Origin: Eukaryota sp. GEM-RC1
Taxonomy: Eukaryota
Direction: 5' to 3'
DNA: 64,000 nt
Assembly (NCBI GenBank): GCA_040285855.1
Contig: JAUFOQ010000016.1
Coordinates: forward strand, 310,001-374,000
Shown piece after piece: positions 12,900 to 25,547 of the stretch. Numbering within the stretch: position 1 is the stretch's first letter; each line of letters opens with the position of its first letter. The notes under the pieces are model-generated. The model saw only the letters and a list, made by a program, of their open reading frames with translations, did not search any database and was not told where the DNA came from. Made by a program: the position numbers and the translations under genes.

Positions 12900-13300
12900 T
12901 GGTCAACAGTACCATAGTATTTATACAACTTTGTGAAAATTGATTTAAAACACTTAGGCACCAAACGGAACAAAGAAAAAAATCAAACGGTTATGCCAAA
13001 TTGATAAGTTAAATCTCTTATTCTGAGACTTACACATAGATCCAAAATCAGTTAAAAACTGAGAAGCCATTTCACCAATACTACCAAAAATAGAAATAGC
13101 AAAAGGAACAAATATACATTTTGATTGAGATTAACATCTTTGGAATACAAATCAATTTTACGTTTTTCAGCTGTTTCTAGGTGATTGAAACCTTTTAAAT
13201 TTAAGCCATTGACATAAATTTGAGCACATGGATCTAATGTTGTTAAATCAAGGATAATTTGACGGGAATCAATAAAAGGACCAAAATAATCAATATTTTC
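12900..13300 (-). mobile_element. RLE-type non-LTR retrotransposon fragment
   Basis: Minus strand reads ILDLTTLD..AEKRKIDLY..FVPFAISIFGSIGEMA. Confidence 0.7.
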
Positions 13301-13309
13301 AAGATACTA

Positions 13310-14206
13310 CAGTCTACCCTCTAATTAGTGACACCCCAGCGGCAGTCACTATATAGAGGGTGTCACTATATCGAGGGAAATAGATCGTGCGTCTACTATA
13401 CAAACGTATGGGCTTTATTGCTGATAAACTATACTATTGAACCAACTGTGCACCTTTTGATCCTATCAGTGGTATCACAACTGGAAAGGAGGATGAGACT
13501 TGATGATGAGAATAATGGAGGTATGCAAAGTGAGAGAAAATAGACTGTTTGTCAACATCCATCAAACATAGGAAGATCTTAGACACTCGATCCGTCTAAG
13601 GGAATGATACTGAGTCATTTGGAGAGAGAAATGAGGAGATATATACGGATTTGTTATGTTGGTCAACTTCGGATGTGTAAGTGAAATTTGAAGAGAAGAT
13701 GCGTGAAAACACCATCAGACTGTAAATGAAGTGTCGCACGAACCAATTCCAACACTACTTTTTCTCTTTTTTGCTTGTTGTAAGGGGAAAGTGATGTGAT
13801 GAGCACCCTAGTTTCTCCCAGCAACATGTATATATCCCCCAAATGACATATTCAGTGTCGGCAAGGAGGAAGTATTCCTCTCAGACAACTGTCTTGCTTT
13901 TAGAAGTCACCATCACGGTTTTCACCCAAAGGTCTTAGTCTTCGATCTAATCTAACGGAGACCGTTTGACTTATAGTGGTAAATATGATATAAAAGTGAC
14001 ATCAGAGTGAAACGGTTAGAATCTTGCCAAATTCTGGTAGAAACAGGATGCACGTGAAGAATGTGGGTGTTGTGTTATGTGCAGAGAAAGACAAACATGT
14101 GGTTTATTTGATCATGAAGAAGTTGATGGAGTCAACAAAAAGTTGGGCAGAGGAAAAGTGTCACTATATCACTATTCAGAAATGTCACTATTCAGAGGGT
14201 AGACTG
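13310..14206 (-). mobile_element. Non-autonomous pogo/Tc1-mariner element with degenerate DDE transposase remnant
   Basis: TIRs CAGTCTACCCTCT / AGAGGGTAGACTG flanked by TA; internal minus-strand remnants resembling the DGxxxH and LxPNxT..PLD motifs; a solo end also lies at ~33803-33816. Confidence 0.85.
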
Positions 14207-15659
14207 TAATACCAATATACAATTGGTATTCTAGTTCGAGCCTTGGATTGTAATAACTCATGCGAATTACAATACTTTGGTAGGATTGTTCCTCTTTGTT
14301 TTGCAAAAATTATCTGTTTTTATATTATCTATTTGAATACATGAAACGTGATAACGGCGAAAGGCAAAGATGTGTATAAATAAAAAAACCACTTCATAAT
14401 TACACTTAAAAGTTGGCCTGTGGTAAACTATTTAGTGACTACAAACCCTCCAGTTCTACCGTTACTAATCAATTCTCTTTTAAAAATGAACACATTACAA
14501 CTTTAAATAATATGTCCGATAAAACACCATTTACTTCTCCAAGTACTCCTCGTTCATCAAATGTGCTTGTTACAGACCTTTTTTTTGGAGGCTGTTTTGC
14601 TGCTCGAGGTATAAGTGATGTTCAATCCTGAACTGGCAGCTACTGTGTCTTCCAGTCGTCCTCTTGAATCACAAACCAGGGCTCTCGAAGTTTTTCCTAT
14701 ATATGATGATCGAGTCCGTTTAGTAGGATATGCCCCGAAGCTCTTTCCTGGTTTCATCCCGGCCTCAACAGTGGATCCAGGCTCCAAATTATACACTACA
14801 CCGTATGTGTCGCGGTCAATTAACGAACCACCTGTGCTCAAAATTTCAAACGTATTAGGAATTTGCGTTAGCATTTAGCCGATGGGCTCAGTGCAAACCT
14901 CAAGAAGGTACAACAAAGGAAGCCTTAGCTTGGATTAAATTTCAACAATACTAAGTGAATGGTTGAGTCCTCACTTTAAGAGATTCTCCAGAAGTCAGCT
15001 ATATTTACGCTGAAGAAACTTTCGTTTTCCGAGAAAGTGGAATTCGGAAGACTTTCCTAATGTTTCAATAATTCCAGTACAATTTCGCTGATTTACTAGT
15101 ATTTAGGACTTTCATTAACCGATTCGCAACCCCTTCTTAGAACATCTTTCTATAAATGACGATAATCCTTTAGACAACATGATATAACGTATCACATGAT
15201 TAAAGAGAGTTTGAACTCATTGTTACAGAAATATAAAACTGGGCATTGATGTCGTAAATCCACTTGAATTACTCAAGGAATGAAAGGAAAAGAAGTACTG
15301 GTACCAATAAGTTGAGAAAAACAATTGTTTCAGCAAGTTTGACTTCCTGATTCACTCTTCACCGAACTGCAGTGTTAAGTGTTAACTGCAAGGGATCGAC
15401 AGAGTAAGGCAAATGGACTGTCGGGGCAGTCATAAATGTTGAGGACCTTAAGATGTGGAAAGGTTCAAGTATTTACAGTAACCCTTTTCAAGTTTGATAC
15501 AGAAAAAGCTCGTAGTTTGGCGGATATCTTTCGATCAAATCAAGTCATTTCTATAGTTCGAATTTCTAGTTCACGACGATTGTAAGAAGTGATTTGTTTG
15601 CGCCAGTTCTTATCGAACTTCGTCGTAATTCAGTTGTTCTAGAAGTTGATCTTTCTTGT

Positions 15660-16626
15660 TTGTACTTCGCTGATTCTTCTTGTATTCCTCCTTTATAGAT
15701 CTCCTTTAATCAATACTCTTGTGAAATAGACACTGAAAAGCTTATTCCCTGTATTTCTTCTAAACTTTCCTTAGAAGATTCTAGTATACAACAGAGCATT
15801 CTACGTCTAGCTCCCGTTGTTCCTCACGATCTCTCTTATGGTCGTGCGATCGTCGTTACCTTACTTCTACTTACTCATATTTCGCTCTCTACTTCTAATA
15901 TCTCCCCAACTGATATCTCCCTTGAAATTACCGTCTCTTCAGACTAAAATCTTTTCCTCAATCAATTGGACTGGGTTCATCATCTGCTCTTTGTACCTCA
16001 TTAGCAGCCTCTTTTCTCCGTTGGTTTGGTAAGATTGGTGTCTTCTCTGAAGATAAAGATATTGAGGTTGTGTGTAAGTGGTCTAGGTTAGGGGAAATTG
16101 TCTTTCACGGAACTCCTTCTGGAATTGACACGTCAACTTCTGCTGTAGGTGGCTTTGTTTTAATACAAAAACATCAGCCACGTCGCATCACGTTTCCCCC
16201 CTCTATCAGTTTTGATTGTTGATTCTACGAAACAACGACCTCAGGGTGGTACAGCTGCAGCAGTCTCACTAGTAGAACGTAACATTCGTGAGGACAAGAA
16301 GAAGTTGTTAGCACTGGAAAGAATTAATGTAGTTGTTGGTAAACTCATTGCTTCGTCTCCACAGGGGCTTTTCTTTTCCTGAACTGGCTGAGCTCTTCAA
16401 TGACAATCATTTGTTATTAACTGAAATTGGTGTTGGGTTTGAAGAAGCAGAAGATATTCGTAGTATTTGTAGTCAGTTTGGATATTCAGCAAAGATTACG
16501 GGGGCTGGGCTTGGTGGTTGTTTACTAGCAATACCAACTTCTTTAACAGTGACGTCTGATGGTGCGAGTGCAGCTTTTAAGGATAAAGGATATAAAGTGT
16601 TCAAAAGTACTTTAGGAGGAGCGTGA
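15660..16626 (+). pseudogene. MVK: Mevalonate kinase (GHMP family), 5'-truncated and disrupted
   Basis: PQSIGLGSSSA (~15956), GEIVFHGTPSGID (~16092), AKITGAGLGGC (~16490); stops and frameshifts; no N-terminal PGKVILxGEH motif seen. Confidence 0.8.
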
Positions 16627-17107
16627 TTAGATATTAATCTTATTTCTTCATAAAGTTGTGAGTTTTTTTCTACCCTTGCAACGTTGGGATTCACCACATC
16701 GAGTCTTTAGCGCTACCGTATCTGGGAGAAGTCAATAACCCAATGTTATTGTCACTAATGATGACAGGATTCATTTGAATTGTGTTGAAAAATTAAATTT
16801 TTAGTATATAAACTACTTGTTGGTCATGCTAATCACTTTTTATGAGTATTAACACCTGTCTGCACAAATACAAATTTCAGTTCTGACAGAATTGATTGAA
16901 GTTACCTTTAGAAACTTCGGCTATTGAGTCAACTGTTGCTATTCGGGTCTTTTATTTGATCCTTTGAAGTCAATGACAAATGGCGATGACTTTCGTATGT
17001 TTGTTACCATGTTCAGAGATAGTTGGGAAATTCACTTTTTCTGTATTTTTGTGTTTTATTTTGATATTTATTATTATTTTTTATTATAAATGTAATAGAT
17101 CAAACAA

Positions 17108-18050
17108 CTAGAATTCGATATCATTAAAACAACACCCGTCGCTATCAAACCGTACAACAGCTTTGTCCTCATAAAACGAACTCACTGCTAATAAAGCTTT
17201 GGAGATGATTAGGGGAACTGTTTTAAAAACAGTAAAAGCGATCCGATTCAACCATAACATATGATCAAAACGTTTGTTCATCCTATTTTTTACGATTTTT
17301 CCGAAATCGATTAAAAAATTCAAAGCACTTTTTCCTAAACGTCCGTAAATTGAAACGGCAAAGGGCATAATTCGTACTCAACATGTTTTACATGTATTAA
17401 AGCCATCAATGGTTTCTTGTACTTATCCTGTTTGGCCTGTTCAGAAATGTCTAAAGGAGAAGTTTCAGACGAAGCGTTCTTTAAAGATGTCTTTTACAAA
17501 CATCCACTGACACTACATCAATAACAAACAATTTGTCTGAAAAGAAGGGACAACAACATCTGCTCTCCGTTTTACCAAAAAATTGGTTCTGTTTTTCGAC
17601 ATTACAATTATTACTTGGTTCTAAAGATCTTAGAAGTGGTTCAACAAATGACTCAATTTTGTATGACTTACACATAGCATGTATTTGATTTCTTACAGCA
17701 TCATGCTTACACGTTCAAAAAGTTATGTCGCGATTACAATTTAACAGATGAGAAAACGTTAATTGTTTTCCACAGCTACATTGAAGATCATTTGGCAAAT
17801 TCTATGGCCATAAATAACAACGAAGCCTCATTGTAGTGGTCCATTAATGATCATTTAATAATAAACCATATACTGTACTTGTGAAATTTGATTAATTAAT
17901 GCCACAGCAGAATTCTGCTTTAATCCAATTAAACAATTAGCGAAAGCTGGATTGTTTTCCTTAGCCGAGCTAAGACGGACTGTAAAATCTAAGCTTTCAA
18001 AATATGTCAATAAATGATTTTGTAGCTTTTTTAAAGCAAACTTTTACGAC
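17108..18050 (-). mobile_element. 5'-truncated, degenerate RLE-type (CRE-like) non-LTR retrotransposon
   Basis: CSCGK..HLLNC zinc knuckle, HDAVRN, EP, VIDVVSVD, PFAVSIYGRLG. Confidence 0.85.
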
Positions 18051-18189
18051 AAAATGTTTCGATATTAATGAATCAGAAAATGAAAGAAGTTAAGTTCTCC
18101 ACATCAACACGAATATTATTCCTATACCACTTCGAATAAATGGAACTTAAAGACTTGGGAATGCTTCTATAAAGAGCAAACATAATTCG

Positions 18190-18700
18190 ATTCTGCTCAG
18201 AAACGTGGTGATTTTATTGGCCCTTGGTTGTCATGCCAAGAAATTGTTGTTGATTTTACAACCGTTGATCCTTTCAAAGTTTTAGCTATTGCCAATATTT
18301 TGAATACCTCAAATGATCCACTGAAAAACGCCGAGAACGCTAAAGTGTCTAACTACGTACATCAAATTGCTGTATTGAGTTCACAAAGACACAATAATAT
18401 CGTCTTTCAGCCTTTTGCAGTTTCTTTATACGTATACTTCGGTTCTTCTACAAAGGAGTTTTTAAACTTATTTGAAAATTTGTGTTCGTAATTTGGCAAG
18501 AAGTTTAACAGATCGTACTGGAAAAGTAGATTTGCTTTTTCGACTTTTAGGTCTATGTACAGATTTGTTGAATCCATCTTGTCCAAGTTATTTGCAGGCA
18601 ACTACTACATTGTAGGTAGTTCGGTTGATAATTTGTTTAAATAGTGTTCATTTTTTTAGTGTTTTTTTGTTGTGGTTTTTCCACACATAAATCCGTTTCT
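18190..18700 (+). mobile_element. RLE-type non-LTR retrotransposon 3' part
   Basis: KRGDFIGPW..VVDFTTVD..AENAK..FQPFAVSLY; 3' end related to ~55125-55285 (reverse). Confidence 0.8.
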
Positions 18701-18888
18701 TTAATTCGAATAATCCATAAATGACTAACTTATTTAACTTTTTGAATTTACTGACATATCGGAAGTGTAAAAGTGCATATCATGTAACCAACAGATCAAC
18801 CTAGACTACATATTGTCCTCCAAGAAAATTCTAAATGTACTCGTAGTAGAAATTATGTCGAACCGTATTTTTGAAAGTCTGTTTCTTC

Positions 18889-20343
18889 ATGAAACTCTTC
18901 TTGTCTTCTACTGACACCATCACATCTCTCTTTAGTGACTCTTCACTATCTGATCAAACGCTTATCTTTGGAGAAGAAGTTCTACAAGTAAATAAGAACA
19001 TCCTAGCCTCCAACTCTCAGTTCTTTCGATCTCTTTGGTACTTGGAGTTTGAAGACAAGTACGAAAATCCTCTGAACTTCTCTCATCTTAAAGTGAGTGA
19101 ATCCTCTTTGTCTCCTTCATTAAGATCATGTATGGCTTCCAAGTTGATGTCACTCAGAACAACTCTTATGATCTATTCTATTTGGCTCATTACTTCATGG
19201 TAGAAAAGCTGGTCAACAAAGTGGAACAAATTTTGTTTGAGAACTTCCATGACATGACATGGATCGAAGAGTTTTTGTCAAGAGCTGACGAGAATCAAGA
19301 TTTGCGAGCTATTGAATTTGTGGGACCTTTCTTAGACAAAGTAAAAGACATCAATGTAGCAAACGAAATTAATCTAAGTGCATGCTCAATCAAATTGTTG
19401 ACGAAAGTCTGCACTACTAATCAATCACTGTCGTGGATGATTAGGTCAGTTGTGTGTTCAATCAAAAATTCCAATTTTGAATTATCTCATTTGTCGAACA
19501 TTTTAAATTTAGCGAATGTTAATCTTTTATCTTTTAAAGAATGGGAAGAATTTATTTTAAGTCCATTGAGTGACATTCCAGAACTTGAGCAAACTTTAAA
19601 AGACTTCACATTTGACCAGCTTAAAGTTATCTATTTTGATTCTTTGCTCAATGAAAACAAGGAGCTTAAAAACAATTGGATCAATCATCACAGCAAATTT
19701 TAAAAATCCAATCAGAATCGACAAATCAAATAACTTCTTTGTTGTCACTCAACTCTGAATTAAAAGAATCAAATGAAGAATATTCTACACAAATCCAAAA
19801 GTTACAAGCTGAAATTCAATCATTAAAGTGTATTTCTTCTCGGTCTAATGTGGGATCACCAAGAAAATTTAATTTTTTCTTTTCTGATGACAAAAGTCTT
19901 CTAATTTATCTCTCAGTGATGACTGTAAAACTGTTAGAATGCTTAGCAACGAATGATGGAGTAACATTCTGGCAGATAAACCTCTAACTTCAGGACTTAC
20001 TCATACCTAGAGAGTTAGATACATAGGTGACAACGTGAATCTGCATGTTGGAGTCATAGATGAGACCAAGTTTACTTCTGAAGGAGATTGTTATAAGCAT
20101 TCTCATAGTATTTGTAATTCCAACTCCACTATTACTGGTTGTCTTTCAGGTAAACGTCATCAATGGAATCCAGACGAAACACTAGAAATAACTGTTAACA
20201 TGATTACTCACTCTATTACTATTAATACCCTTGATAGTCCTAATATTCACTTATCAGGAACTCTTCCTCGGTTAGAAAGTGGTAACTATTACCCAGTCTT
20301 TGTGCTTTATCATTCGAATCATGAAATAACTATCTTAGATTAA
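18889..20343 (+). CDS. BTB - helical - coiled coil - SPRY-like protein (frameshifted; possible pseudogene)
   Basis: BTB shared with the gene at 1586; C-terminus NILADKPL..LHVGVIDE..LEITVNM..YYPVFVL parallels the C-terminus of the 25548 protein; frameshifts and an in-frame TAG at ~20008. Confidence 0.7.
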
Positions 20344-20882
20344 AGTCCCATATAATTTATCTTAAGCAGAGTCTCTAGTAACATGTAGTGTTATGTGTTC
20401 AGTACATTAAGATGTATATACGGGATGTCTTCAACTAATTACTTTTGATTTTCAATCATCATTTGTACATAACTAGTTATTGATATTGTTTTCCTATAAT
20501 ATATCACACAATGACATATGATACAACAATGAAGACAATGTAAACTACTACATTGTAGTATTTATCACTTAACACATATTAACACTCCACGGCTTAACTT
20601 GGAATTCACTATGGTGCAGGATGGGGCGTTTCTATCCTGTTGATGTTCACTGAAGCCTTTTGGCAGTAATTTATGTCAGCTGGATTACAGCTCTATTGAA
20701 CTTCTCATCTAGTTTTAAATACAGTTTTTGCCGGAAATTTAAGAGAACGAACAGCGGAAGAGATAAAAAGACAGGATTTATCAACAAAATACAAAAAAAT
20801 TACCAAGTTCAATCACAATAATTCAAAAATGTAGCAACCCCAATCACATCATTAAACAGTACAAAGGCAGAGTCAGGATTTC

Positions 20883-22094
20883 CTATTTCATAGAAAGGAG
20901 GGGATCGTGAAACCCCTGATTAATCAATTTCCTAAATAATTCAAATTCAGTACTAGCTTTTGAGCTTTTTACACAAATTTTTAAAAACAGCGACCCTGTT
21001 AAAAGAACAGAAACCCAAACAATCACTGCAATTTTCCGAAGAACATACGAGTAAACTTCAAACTTTTCTTTTTCAAACAGTAAAATCAATATCCGTTCAG
21101 AAACCAATTGAAATAAAACCAGCAGTATCAACCCCAAAGTTACTCTTCTGGAACCACAAAAAGATAATACTAAAACAAAACAAAACAATGAATAAAATAT
21201 CCAATTCATTTTTAAAAAGAACATTCCACTGTCACTAGAAACCTGAAAGTGTCGCAAGGCTTGTACTGTCGAGTCAACCTTCTTCAACAAATCAAATAAA
21301 GAAGTTAACCGTGAAGCAACTAAAGACGTCTGATTCATTAATTCCAACAAACAAGACGAAGCCAGTTCTTGTTCCTTCCTCAAAGCACTGAAATCCTGAA
21401 CTAAGCTAGCGTACTCCTGTTGAATATCACTAGTGCTCTGGATGACTTGTTTTAGAATGGCATTGACTTCAACAGAAGATACTTCAATAACTTGAGCAAG
21501 TTGAGATTCTGTTTCGTCAATGCTTTCAAGAAGAGTTTTGTGATGATCAATGGCTTGATCAAATCCGTCAGAAATCTTGGAAGAAATATCATTGGCTATG
21601 GAGAAAGTGTCTGTTACTGTGGTTTTAAGAGCATTCACAGCATCAGCAGATTCTCGAAAAACTGAATGAGCTTCTGCAATGCTATCGAAAAGAGAAGCAA
21701 TAGAGTTGTAAGCACGTTGCTGCAAACGTTCAGACTGAAGAAAGAAACATAAGTGTTGTGTTTGAAGTTTGAAGTGAGTGAATTGTTCAAAGAAGAACTT
21801 GTCCTTTTGAAGGCATTGAGATATTGGATCTTTCTGGTTACAGAGGAGTTGCTTAAAGCCACCCTTCTGTAAATGACAGTTGGTGAGGCTGATGGCTAGT
21901 CTATCAACGTCGTCTTCTGACAGAGAACAAGCCATATTGGCTGATTGCAGGGCTTGAGAAACACACAGCGATGATTGTGACTCGTACTGAAGTTGTTTTA
22001 ATATGGCTTGACCTCTGTCTCTGATATCAAGCTCAACAGAACAGAAAGCAAAAGCACATAGGAGTAGCAGATAACCGTAGGTGTCGAAGTACAT
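20883..22094 (-). CDS. GEX1: GEX1/KAR5/Brambleberry-family nuclear-membrane fusion protein
   Basis: Signal peptide; Cys-rich domain C..C...RLAISLTNCHLQ..C..C...F..F...HLCFFLQ; coiled coil; three C-terminal TM helices. Confidence 0.85.
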   Translation of the reverse strand: MYFDTYGYLLLLCAFAFCSVELDIRDRGQAILKQLQYESQSSLCVSQALQSANMACSLSEDDVDRLAISLTNCHLQKGGFKQLLCNQKDPISQCLQKDKFFFEQFTHFKLQTQHLCFFLQSERLQQRAYNSIASLFDSIAEAHSVFRESADAVNALKTTVTDTFSIANDISSKISDGFDQAIDHHKTLLESIDETESQLAQVIEVSSVEVNAILKQVIQSTSDIQQEYASLVQDFSALRKEQELASSCLLELMNQTSLVASRLTSLFDLLKKVDSTVQALRHFQVSSDSGMFFLKMNWIFYSLFCFVLVLSFCGSRRVTLGLILLVLFQLVSERILILLFEKEKFEVYSYVLRKIAVIVWVSVLLTGSLFLKICVKSSKASTEFELFRKLINQGFHDPLLSMK

Positions 22095-22745
22095 GTTGGA
22101 AGATATTTATGTACACATTGAAAAATGAACAAGTCTCAAATTCTTGTCATGTCAATATCAACTGACAACGAGTTGATATCTAATATAGCAAGGAAGGACT
22201 GTGGTCATTTGAAACTATATCTCATCCAAACACTTCAAGATTAGTTCTCGACACATGGGAACTGTCTTACCGCTACTGCAGCAAGATCTCTAGTGATGTC
22301 AAACAAATTATTAGTTGTGATCGACAAGACCAAACCTTTGAAGGAACTTACTTGACTAAAAAAGATGATCAAAGACTTATGGTAAACAAATCGCAATATC
22401 GAGTATTGTGATCATAGAAGATCAATTTTGGAGCAATCGTAATTCACATCTAGCATTATTACTCCTGGTAATTGAATTTGGGGTTAATTTTTCTGAGCTT
22501 TAGTATCCCTCTACATTGGTTTTGCTACCTTAAGCTAGCATTTGCAAAGTCACTTTCATTAACAGATTGTTTGACACGACTAATTTAGGATAGATGCAGA
22601 TTTTGTAGAAAGGTGTTTTCTGGAAACAACTACAAGTACTTGTAATGTACATAGAGTAATATCTAGTTGTTAATTTCTGCAGATTGATCTCAAACCCCGG
22701 TTTTTGGTGAAATCCTTTTGGAAACGTTTTCCATTTCTTCTTCCA

Positions 22746-24410
22746 ATGAAGGCCAATCTATTTCGCTTCCTTGCTATCGGCAGTCTTTTCCTTCTATGTT
22801 TCCTGAAAGCACCTGGAAAGAAGGTCTCTGTATTTCTTTCAGATGACAATGAGTGCGTTGATCCAATGAGCAGGGAAGATCCTTGTAATTATGTCAAAAC
22901 TCACTGCTCCGATGAGGACTTCTTCACCTCATTCGGCTTCTCCTGGCTTGAACTCCACGCCTGCTTCTTCCACAACAAAGGTCTCACTCTGGTCTCTTAC
23001 CCAGTCCTCCTCGTCTGCACCCTCCTTCTATTCTCCCTTCTTGGTTCTACCGCTGATGGCTACCTTGCTGTATCCCTCACTGAACTAGCTGACATCCTCA
23101 AACTAGGTCCTGAAGTAGCTGGTGCCACTCTCCTTGCCTTCGCTAACGCCTCCCCTGATGTCTTCTCTATCCTCGCTGGCTCTGAGTCGGACTTCCGTAT
23201 CTCCATGGGTGCTGCTCTAGGATCCTCTCTCTTTGCCGTCTCCTTGATTATCTCAGTGGTCACGTTTGCAGTCGGAGAATTTAAAATCAATAAGGGACCA
23301 TTTATGAGAGATTTGTTGGTGTACTTTGTTGGAGTCTGTTTGTTTGCTGTATTTTCCATTAATGGAGAACTTCATTTAATTGAAATGATCATTGTTCTAG
23401 TCTACTTTTGTGCTTATATTGTTTATCTTATCTTGTCAGAAGTCTTGGAAAATATTAGACTGAAAAAGGCAGGTCTTCTATCATCAAAGTCACTCAAACA
23501 AATCGATGTCGACACAACTGAGCTCAATTACGATTTACTTGCCGAAGAAGGCAGAATAGCTGACCGTGAAATCGATGAGCCCGACTCTTTCCTTTCTCGT
23601 GTAATCAAGGGGTTGGAATGGGATGAAAAGGAAAGAATCCACGATAAGATTATGGGAATTCTTGAACTTCCTTTTGCTTTAGTTAGGTATCTTTCAATCC
23701 CAATGGCCTCTGAAGATGCTTTCCTTAAACCCTTGGCTTTAGTCACACCTTTCTTCTCTGTAATGTTCGTTCTTTGGAGTGCTGAGATTAATCCTTTTAA
23801 AACTTTGATTCTGGGCGTACCATTAGTCTATTTAGTTGGACTTTTTGCTCTAGTTCTCTGTATCTGGGTGTCTATTTCTTCAAAAGAAGGAAATCCTCCT
23901 AAACCATTTGTTCTTTGGTTAATTCTTGGTGTTACAATGGCAGTTGCGTGGTTAGAGTTCATTGCTGACGAGTTGGTATTGTTGTTATCCTCAATCAGTA
24001 CTATTATTGGCTTATCTCCTACTTTAATCGGTCTATTGGTGCTCTCTGTTGGTAATGGAATTGGTGATTTAGTTGCCAATTTAGTTGTTGCTAAGAAAGG
24101 AAATCCTGTAATGGCCACTGCAGCTGTGTTTTCTTCTTCACTTTTGTCAATGAACCTAGGACTTTCTCTCTCTTTAATCCCACGGTTAATTGAGACTTAC
24201 CCCACCCCGTACACATTTGAAATTGATGGGAATATTGGTTTAACGTTCTTCTTTTTAATATTTTGTTGTGTTTTGACTATGGTGATGATGCCTTTGAGTA
24301 AGTATCGAAGTACAAAGTTGTTTGCTGGATTACAATTAGGAGCCTATGTTATCTTTGTGGCTTTGGCTATCCTTATTGGGCTTAATATTTGGACTCCTTT
24401 CTGGGTGTAG
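22746..24410 (+). CDS. Cation/Ca2+ exchanger, CCX/NCLX (SLC8B1-like) family
   Basis: Alpha-1 repeat GATLLAFANASPDVFS, alpha-2 repeat GLLVLSVGNGIGDLVAN, N-terminal Cys region, many TM helices. Confidence 0.9.
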   Translation: MKANLFRFLAIGSLFLLCFLKAPGKKVSVFLSDDNECVDPMSREDPCNYVKTHCSDEDFFTSFGFSWLELHACFFHNKGLTLVSYPVLLVCTLLLFSLLGSTADGYLAVSLTELADILKLGPEVAGATLLAFANASPDVFSILAGSESDFRISMGAALGSSLFAVSLIISVVTFAVGEFKINKGPFMRDLLVYFVGVCLFAVFSINGELHLIEMIIVLVYFCAYIVYLILSEVLENIRLKKAGLLSSKSLKQIDVDTTELNYDLLAEEGRIADREIDEPDSFLSRVIKGLEWDEKERIHDKIMGILELPFALVRYLSIPMASEDAFLKPLALVTPFFSVMFVLWSAEINPFKTLILGVPLVYLVGLFALVLCIWVSISSKEGNPPKPFVLWLILGVTMAVAWLEFIADELVLLLSSISTIIGLSPTLIGLLVLSVGNGIGDLVANLVVAKKGNPVMATAAVFSSSLLSMNLGLSLSLIPRLIETYPTPYTFEIDGNIGLTFFFLIFCCVLTMVMMPLSKYRSTKLFAGLQLGAYVIFVALAILIGLNIWTPFWV

Positions 24411-24596
24411 GTTGTTGCTTCTCTTGGTTGTTTATTGACAAGAGAATTGTTATAAATGTGTTTATTTGTTTTTTCATGTAATCTAGTTTTTTTTTGAGTT
24501 AAACAATCCGAGCTTTTTCTTACTTGAGCACATATATTCAAAAATAATAGTGCTGTCTGTGGTGCAGGTTTATTGTTGCAAATAAACTCTTATATA

Positions 24597-25305
24597 CAGG
24601 GGTACTCAAAATTGAATTGGCAATTAATTGGTTCTCAAATTATGGAAACAATTAATACTGCAATTAGTGCAATTAATTGGCAATTAATTGACCAATTAAT
24701 CAGTTATTGTTTATGAAAACAAAATCGTAAATTATAATACTAAATTCTGAATACAATCGTGTTCCGCATACAAATTTGCTTCGCCAATCTTCGTTAAAAC
24801 TCCCCTTCCCACAACAAAGGCATTTTGTACCCCTCTTTTATGATCCTTAAGAGAATGTCTGCTGGCAGAAATCGATCGCTTTCCGTCTGTCTCACCATTA
24901 TCAACATTGACAGCATTGCTGTGCAGGGCCATTGTTCGACACTTTATCCATTGAAAAGTTTTCAGTTATGTTGGTGGAGTCTTGTTATTGCTATATAAAT
25001 TTGTTATTTGAAGTACATAAATCAAAAAAGATTTCACTTCTTCTGAATCGGCTAATGTAGACGCACTTTATGAGATTTCGATACAAAAGTTTTTGTTCAC
25101 ACACATTTTTTAATGCTAGATTGCTTTCTTTTCGCATTTCAATAATTGTCCTGCAGTATATTCAAAATAAACTGATTAGACCAATAATTGGTTAATTGGT
25201 CAATTAATTGCCAATTAATTGGTGGGCTATGACGATCGACCAATTAATATTGCAATTAATTGATTGGCAATAACTGAATTGGCAATTCAATTTTGAGTAC
25301 CCCTG
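24597..25305. mobile_element. hAT-type non-autonomous element (709 bp)
   Basis: TIRs CAGGGGTACTCAAAATTGAATTG / CAATTCAATTTTGAGTACCCCTG; perfect 8-bp TSD CTTATATA (24589-24596, 25306-25313); CAATTAATTG subterminal repeats. Confidence 0.95.
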
Positions 25306-25547
25306 CTTATATATTATGCTGTCTGTGGTATAGGTTGTACAGTATGTAAGGATACTTATATAATGTTAATAGCAAAAGAATATGTTGCTCTAGAAGAAGC
25401 ACAAAAGGACTTTTTTTACATTAAATTTCAGATTCTGTCACGGAACAGAACTTTGATTGACTTCATAGCTTATTTGAGGAGACGTCACCAGAACCGCTTG
25501 AGTTTCAAAATCCAATTGCTCAAATGCTATTATTTTCTTGTATTTGA

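Noticed and set aside
14557..15440. Minus-strand gene
   Set aside because: Coding-like composition but many stops and no recognisable family
15680..20010. Alternative genetic code suggested by in-frame TAA/TAG in MVK and the BTB-SPRY gene
   Set aside because: Intact genes end in TAA, TAG and TGA and long ORFs lack internal stops; the affected loci also have frameshifts
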